A stretch of 63,822 bases of DNA, filler included, from Deltaproteobacteria bacterium (GTDB taxonomy: Bacteria; Myxococcota; JACRCW01): NCBI GenBank assembly GCA_016218805.1. It is 6 parts of 6 records of this genome, joined end to end, with 100 filler letters (N's around TTAATTAATTAA, not from the genome) between each part and the next. Parts side by side here need not be neighbours in the genome. Positions count along the whole stretch, not along the records: positions 57,159 to 61,032 come from JACRCW010000139.1; positions 61,133 to 63,822 come from JACRCW010000148.1; 4 more parts are not named here. One strand, written 5' to 3'. Numbering within the stretch: position 1 is the stretch's first letter; every line of letters begins with the position of its first letter. Below, one piece after another: positions 58,763 through 63,822 of the stretch. A program made the position numbers and the translations under genes. The notes below the pieces were generated by a model that was not told the DNA's origin, searched no databases, and saw only the letters and a list, made by a program, of their open reading frames with translations.

Positions 58763-59959
58763 ATGAAGCACCACCCCGGAACAAAGGGCCGCGGCCCCGC
58801 CAAGGGCACCGTCCGGGGCAAGTACCCGCGCGCCAAGGCGCCCGGTGCCAAGCGCGCCGGCGCCAAGGCCGCCCCCCGCCCCGCCGCCAAGACCCCGCCG
58901 GCTCCCCGGCCGCGCCGGGCCCCGCCGCCCCCACCGCCTCCCCCCGCGCCGCCGGCCGCCGCCGCCGCTGCGCCGGCGCTGCCTTCGTGGCGGGACCGGC
59001 TCAAGCTGCCCCCGCCGCAGCGCGCCGGCTTTGTGGCGCTGCTGGGACGGCCCAACGTGGGCAAGAGCACGCTGCTCAACCGCCTGGTGGGCACCAAGCT
59101 GGCCGCCACCACCCCCAAGCCGCAGACCACCCGGCGGCGTTTCCGCGCGTTTCTCACCCTCCCCAACGCGCAGCTCATCCTGGTGGATACCCCGGGCCTG
59201 TTTGACGCCGCGCTGCAGGACGGCGAAGGCCGCGGCGGCTACGGCGAGCTGGGCTCCTACATGGCCAAGCAGTCCCGCGCGGTGCTGGCGGACGTGGACG
59301 CGGTGGTGTGGGTGGAGGAGGCGGGCGCGTTCAGCGCGGAGGGGCCCACGCCCGCGCAGGCCGCGCTGGCCGCGCTGGTGCGCCAGGGCGGGCGGCCGTG
59401 CGTGCTGGCGGTGAACAAGGTGGACACCGTGAAGGCGGGGTCGCTGCTGCCCGCGCTGGCGGCGTGGAAGGACGCGTTGCCGTTTGCCGCCATGGTCCCC
59501 GTCTCCGCCATCCGCGAAGACGGCCTGGACCGCCTGGTGCGCGAGCTGGCCGCCCTGCTGCCGGAGTCCCCGCTGCTGTTCCCAGGCGACGACCTCACCG
59601 ACCAGAGCGAGCGCGCGGTGTGCGAAGAACTCATCCGCGAGAAGGCCATGATGCGCACCGGCGAAGAGGTGCCGTACGCGGTGGCCGTGGAGATCCAGAA
59701 GTTTGACGAAAGCCGCCGCGCGGGCGACGACCAGCGGCCGGGCATTGTGGAGATTGACGCGGACATCCACGTGGAGCGTCCCGGGCAGAAGGCCATTGTC
59801 GTCGGCGTGGGCGGCGCAAAGATCAAGGAGATTGGCATTGAGGCCCGCCGTGACCTGGAGCGGTTCCTGGGCTGCCGGGTCATGCTGCGGCTGTTTGTGA
59901 AGGTCACCGAGCACTGGTCGCGGTCGGCCCTGGGCCTGCGCAACCTGGGGTATTCGTGA
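58763..59959 (+). CDS. era: GTPase Era with basic Pro-rich N-terminal extension
   Basis: GRPNVGKS, PQTTR, DTPG, NKVD, EEVPY, KH-domain VGVGGAKIKEIG; start could also be 58727. Confidence 0.96.
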   Translation: MKHHPGTKGRGPAKGTVRGKYPRAKAPGAKRAGAKAAPRPAAKTPPAPRPRRAPPPPPPPPAPPAAAAAAPALPSWRDRLKLPPPQRAGFVALLGRPNVGKSTLLNRLVGTKLAATTPKPQTTRRRFRAFLTLPNAQLILVDTPGLFDAALQDGEGRGGYGELGSYMAKQSRAVLADVDAVVWVEEAGAFSAEGPTPAQAALAALVRQGGRPCVLAVNKVDTVKAGSLLPALAAWKDALPFAAMVPVSAIREDGLDRLVRELAALLPESPLLFPGDDLTDQSERAVCEELIREKAMMRTGEEVPYAVAVEIQKFDESRRAGDDQRPGIVEIDADIHVERPGQKAIVVGVGGAKIKEIGIEARRDLERFLGCRVMLRLFVKVTEHWSRSALGLRNLGYS

Positions 59960-59969
59960 CGCTGCGCGG

Positions 59970-59999
59970 TTGACATGACCGCGCGCCCATAGGTACTTC
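59970..59999 (+). promoter_or_regulatory. Probable sigma70-type promoter of the tRNA
   Basis: Consensus TTGACA at 59970-59975; weak -10 (TACTTC) 18 bp later; tRNA begins 60012. Confidence 0.55.
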
Positions 60000-60011
60000 C
60001 GCGCTCCCCGT

Positions 60012-60085
60012 GGCGGGGTAGCTCAGTCGGTTAGAGCGAGGGTCTCATAATCCCTAGGTCGGCGGTTCGATTCCGCCCCCCGCTA
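60012..60085 (+). tRNA. tRNA-Met (CAT), probably elongator; CCA not encoded
   Basis: GGCGGGG/CCCCGCT acceptor, GCTC/GAGC D-stem, CT-CAT-AA loop, GGCGG-TTCGATT-CCGCC T-arm; no C1:A72 initiator mismatch; Ile2 not fully excluded. Confidence 0.93.
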
Positions 60086-60471
60086 CACAGAAAACCCAAA
60101 CCATCCTAAAGACTTACGGCGCCAGACCCTCCCAAGCCCGGGAGGCTCCGGTGCCCTACTACTGCCCAACTACTGCCAATCTCGCCCCTTCGCGCCCACG
60201 GGCAGGCCCGTCACGACGTCAAGGCACCGGCGCCGGACGCTGGCGGACGGGAACGCGCCTACGCGCCCGCGTGGGCCGTGTTCGGTGGGGGGCCACACCT
60301 TCGCCCCGAGCGGGGTGCCGCGCGCAACCTGGGGGCGCGTGAGGGGGGTCACGGCCGTGGTAGAAGCGCGGCGCGCGCCTGACCTGCGGCTGATCCCCGC
60401 GGGCGAGCGCCGGTCCCCTTGGCCGGTTGGCGCGCGCTTCCTTCCAAGGGCCGCACGCAAGGGGGTGCGAC

Positions 60472-60975
60472 ATGTCCGAGAGGATTCACTACCCGCTGAA
60501 CGAGGCGATGGCGCAGGCGTGGTTTTTCGTCCGCTACGGTCACTGCCCCCCCCTGATGCCGATTCCCGACCAGCATGCCGGGGCGGCGCAAGGACGACGA
60601 CGCGAGGAGGCATGGGCGGCCGTCGACGCTATCCGTGAACAGCTGGGTGTGGTGACGGAGCGCCTGGACTCACGGGCGGCCGTCGTGCCAGCACAGGCCG
60701 CCTCCCGACGGCGAGTGAACCCGGCTTCGGTCGCCCTCAAACAGCTATCCGACGCGCTGGTCAACCTTGAGGCCGCAATGCCGCCTCGACCACTTCCCGC
60801 GCACGGACGGGCCCGCCGTCGCGGCGACAAGGACACTGACCGGCAGGCCCGTCGCAGGTTCCTCTCCATCATGCAGTGGGAATGGCAAGTCGCTAAGGAA
60901 ATGGAAAACAATAACTGGATCAAGTTGACGGTGAAATCGTGTAGTTCCAATCACCATGGAAACGATTGCGTTTGA
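60472..60975 (+). pseudogene. Island hypothetical gene interrupted near 60894 by an IS end
   Basis: AAGGGGG RBS and ATG 60472; the last ~26 codons read through AT-richer IS sequence. Confidence 0.5.
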
Positions 60976-61032
60976 GTTCGACGCTGTCAAGTATTTCGTC
61001 TGGGACCTTGGTTCCAGTCGGATAGCGCCGTG
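60894..61032 (-). mobile_element. Right end of an ISAzo13-family insertion sequence (transposase C-terminus 61030-60920 plus terminal sequence)
   Basis: Manual translation RRYPTGTKVPDEILDSVELKRNRFHGDWNYTISPST*, matching the family's YPxGxKV..FHGxWNYTI.P C-terminus; composition break at TAAGG 60894. Confidence 0.82.
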
Positions 61033-61132
61033 NNNNNNNNNNNNNNNNNNNNNNNNNNNNNNNNNNNNNNNNNNNNTTAATTAATTAANNNNNNNNNNNN
61101 NNNNNNNNNNNNNNNNNNNNNNNNNNNNNNNN
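61033..61132. other. Artificial contig linker
   Basis: N-TTAATTAATTAA-N. Confidence 0.98.
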
Positions 61133-61290
61133 CTGCGTCGCTGCTCGCCACTCAGCCACGATGCGTTCTGGTGCTTCGCGCTCACCCGCTGCCGTCCGGG
61201 AACCATCCGCCACCATCAGCAGCGCGGAACAACAGGAGGCGAAGGCGGACGTCACCTCCCTATGATGCCTACCCGTTCGTTCCCGTTTTT

Positions 61291-61812
61291 TTCAAGGTGA
61301 GCGGCGAGGTCTTTGTGGATCGCTCCAACATCCGCTTCCAGGGAGACATCCAGGAGTTTGACGCCGTGGCGCGTGGCGTGAAAGCCAAGGCGGACGGCGC
61401 CAGCGTGGACGTGGAGTACGCGCACCTGCAGGGCAGCGGCAAGGTGGCGTTCTCCAACACCGAGGGTCTCAACATGGAGGCGCGCGTCAAGGACGTGGAT
61501 GTGCGCGTTCGCAACGCGCAAGCTGGCGGGGACGGCTACAAGGTGGCGGCGCAACGCACGCTCATTGCAGGGTCCGGCACCATGAAGTTCCGCTCCACGG
61601 GGGACATGAGCCTGGAAGGAGACCTGCGCGTGGAAAGCGGCGTGGCGGGCCGCCTCAAGGCGGATGAAGCGCAAGCCAACGCGGACGGAGGCGCACACGT
61701 CCTGGCGCGCGTGAACCGCGTGGACTTTTCCAAGAAGAACGGCCTGCGTGTCGTCGGGTCAGGGACAGTGGACGTCAACCTGGACCAGGTGCGCGCGCGC
61801 CTGGGCGGCTGA
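61291..61812 (+). CDS. 3' fragment of a beta-rich hypothetical protein lacking a convincing start
   Basis: GC3-rich codons begin abruptly at TTC AAG GTG (61291); upstream 160 bp looks non-coding or foreign. Confidence 0.55.
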   Translation, partial: FKVSGEVFVDRSNIRFQGDIQEFDAVARGVKAKADGASVDVEYAHLQGSGKVAFSNTEGLNMEARVKDVDVRVRNAQAGGDGYKVAAQRTLIAGSGTMKFRSTGDMSLEGDLRVESGVAGRLKADEAQANADGGAHVLARVNRVDFSKKNGLRVVGSGTVDVNLDQVRARLGG

Positions 61813-61822
61813 ACGCCCCCGT

Positions 61823-63535
61823 TCAGGGAACCAGGTGCAACACAATTCCATCCTGGCCACCGGCGCTGGTGAGCACGCCGGTCCCGTCGTCCAGCGCCCC
61901 CTGCAGGCTTCCCGTCAGCAGCACGCTGTTGTCCTGCGCCACCGCCACGCCCTGCGCCGCCTGGGGCTGAGCATCCCCCAGCACGCGGCTCCACAGGTGT
62001 GCTCCGTCGCCGCTGTACGCCGCCACCAGTACGTCTGTGCCGCCTGCGGACGTCAGCGGCCCTCCCCCCAGGTCCACGGACCCCGTGACGTTGCCGGCGA
62101 GCACCACGTTTCCCAACCCGTCGCTGGCCAAGGCCGTGACGGCCTGGTCTGACGCCGCGCCCAGGTCCCTGCTCCACAGGTGCGCGCCTTGCGGGCTGAA
62201 CTTCCCCACAAAGCCGTCCACACCTCCGGCGTTTGTTAGCGGCCCTCCGCCAAGGTCCACCGTCGACGTGAAGGTACCTCCCAGCAGCGTGTTGCCCGCC
62301 GCATCCACGGCCACCGCAAGCCCGCGCTCCTCGCCCGTCCCACCCAGGCGCTTGCTCCACAACGCGGTGCCCTGCGCGTCAAAACGGCCCAGGAACACGT
62401 CCACGCCGCCCGCCGACACCAGGACGCCGCCTCCCAGGTTGAGCGTGCCGCTGAACGCCCCGGCGATCACGACATCTCCCGTCGGAGAAACAGCCAGCGC
62501 CGCGGCGGTCTGGGCCTGCGAATCGCCGAACCGCTCGGTCCACATGGCCGTGCCATCCGGGGAGAAACACGCCAGGAACACGTCGGTGCTGCCGGCGCTG
62601 GTGAGAGGCCCCAGGCCCAGGTTCACCGCTCCCGCAAAGGTCCCCAGGAACACCACGTCTCCGGTCGCCCCCGTTTTCACGGCCACGCCCTGCTGCGCCG
62701 CCACGTCGCCAAACGCCCTGGACCACAGGCACGCACCCGTGGGGTCCAGCCGGGCCAGCAACGCATCCTGCCCGCCCGCCGACGTCAACGTTCCGCAGCC
62801 CAGGTCCAACATTCCGCTGAACGTGCCCGCGACCACGATGTTGTCCTCCGCGTCCACCGCCACGCCCCCGGGCTCGCTCCCCGTGCCGGTAAACCCGCGG
62901 CTCCACACGCACGCGCCGCTGGGTGACAGCGCAAAGAGCAGCAGGCTTCCCGACGTGGAACTGGTGCTCACCGGGCCACAACCCACGTCCACCGAGCCCG
63001 TGAAGCTGCCCAGCACCACCACGTTGCCCGTGGACTGAACCGCCACCGCCTGTCCCTTGTCCGCCGTCACCGAGCCCCAGCGCACGCCCCACGCCGGCGC
63101 GGGCGGCATCATGCTCGACGACGAAGGCGCCATGGTGGAAGACGAGCTTTGCGCTGCCAAGCTGGAGGCGACCTCCATCGACGAGGAGGAAGCCGCTTCC
63201 ATGGAGGAGGACGACACCGCCGACGTTGCTGGCGCCAATGACGACGACGTCGCCGCCAAGGAGGACGACCCACCGCCGTTCGACGAGGACGGGGGGAAGA
63301 CCGAGGATGCCTGGCTGCTGCCGCCGTTCGACGACGAAGGCGGGAGTGCCGAGGATGCGCGGCTGCCGCCGCTGCTGGTGGAGGCGCTGCTGGCAATCCC
63401 TGCCGACGAGGACGAACCCGCCGCCCCGGATGAGGAGGAAGACGACGACGAGGATGTTCCGGACGAACTGCCGGAACATGCGCCCACCACCACCGTGCAC
63501 AAGCACGCCAGGATCCTGCCCGTTCTCTTGGTCAT
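61823..63535 (-). CDS. Lipoprotein with long Ser-rich linker and SBBP-like beta-propeller repeats
   Basis: Lipobox VVGAC; about 7-8 repeats of VAVD..GNxVxxGxFxGxxDLGGGxLxSAGGxDxF....P.G..LWS..LG. Confidence 0.9.
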   Translation of the reverse strand: MTKRTGRILACLCTVVVGACSGSSSGTSSSSSSSSSGAAGSSSSAGIASSASTSSGGSRASSALPPSSSNGGSSQASSVFPPSSSNGGGSSSLAATSSSLAPATSAVSSSSMEAASSSSMEVASSLAAQSSSSTMAPSSSSMMPPAPAWGVRWGSVTADKGQAVAVQSTGNVVVLGSFTGSVDVGCGPVSTSSTSGSLLLFALSPSGACVWSRGFTGTGSEPGGVAVDAEDNIVVAGTFSGMLDLGCGTLTSAGGQDALLARLDPTGACLWSRAFGDVAAQQGVAVKTGATGDVVFLGTFAGAVNLGLGPLTSAGSTDVFLACFSPDGTAMWTERFGDSQAQTAAALAVSPTGDVVIAGAFSGTLNLGGGVLVSAGGVDVFLGRFDAQGTALWSKRLGGTGEERGLAVAVDAAGNTLLGGTFTSTVDLGGGPLTNAGGVDGFVGKFSPQGAHLWSRDLGAASDQAVTALASDGLGNVVLAGNVTGSVDLGGGPLTSAGGTDVLVAAYSGDGAHLWSRVLGDAQPQAAQGVAVAQDNSVLLTGSLQGALDDGTGVLTSAGGQDGIVLHLVP

Positions 63536-63822
63536 GAGGTCCTCTACCACGCGCCCATCTCACCGCGCTTGCCAAGACCGCGCGGAAGCAGCAAACGTCC
63601 GCGCCTTCCTGACGGTGGCCCATGAACAGCGCTCCCCCCAAGCCCCCGCCGCATCGAGACTCCCCCTCCGCAGACGGTGGCTCACCGTCCCACCAGCGGG
63701 GCCAACCGCGCGGCGGGCGGCGGCGGGCACCGAGCCAGCGCGGCCACGGTGGGCGCCACCTGCCGCGCGTCCACAAACGCCCCCGGCGGCAGGACCACGG
63801 GCCGCAACCCGCCGCCCACCAC

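Overview
GC-rich (about 70%) bacterial sequence with Myxococcota-like gene content (MYXO-CTERM-like tails, PilZ proteins, Ser/Thr kinases, FHA-GAF-cyclases, Cys-rich lipoproteins). It is not contiguous: five artificial N-TTAATTAATTAA-N linkers (25591-25690, 46701-46800, 52949-53048, 57059-57158, 61033-61132) join six contig pieces, so adjacency across them is uninformative. Recognisable genes: dacB, S8 protease, 5'-nucleotidase, bactofilin, dnaN, M23 peptidase, PP2C phosphatase, rhodanese-MoeB, YidD-like, AlaX-like, RidA, SDR, two Ser/Thr kinases, cysteine synthase-rhodanese, DAG-kinase family, era, tRNA-Met(CAT). Best candidates for undescribed biology: (1) a closely coupled operon of OB-fold lipoprotein + 5'-nucleotidase + OB-fold lipoprotein + outer-membrane beta-barrel + PilZ/Zn-finger protein (16410-25168) resembling a surface nucleic-acid capture and uptake locus; (2) a divergent pair of an intact kinase-FHA-GAF-adenylate cyclase and a catalytically degenerate FHA-GAF-pseudocyclase coupled to a second kinase; (3) a large adhesin-like gene missed by the ORF track (1-3713, minus) broken by a G9 tract and a 7-bp duplication, with a 22-bp repeat array upstream; (4) a PilZ-led surface operon with a four-module 1327-aa lipoprotein. 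Also seen: an island edge at tRNA-Met with an ISAzo13-family transposase end, a REP-like repeat, and apparent TCGA avoidance. All calls come from reading motifs by eye; no database searches were run.
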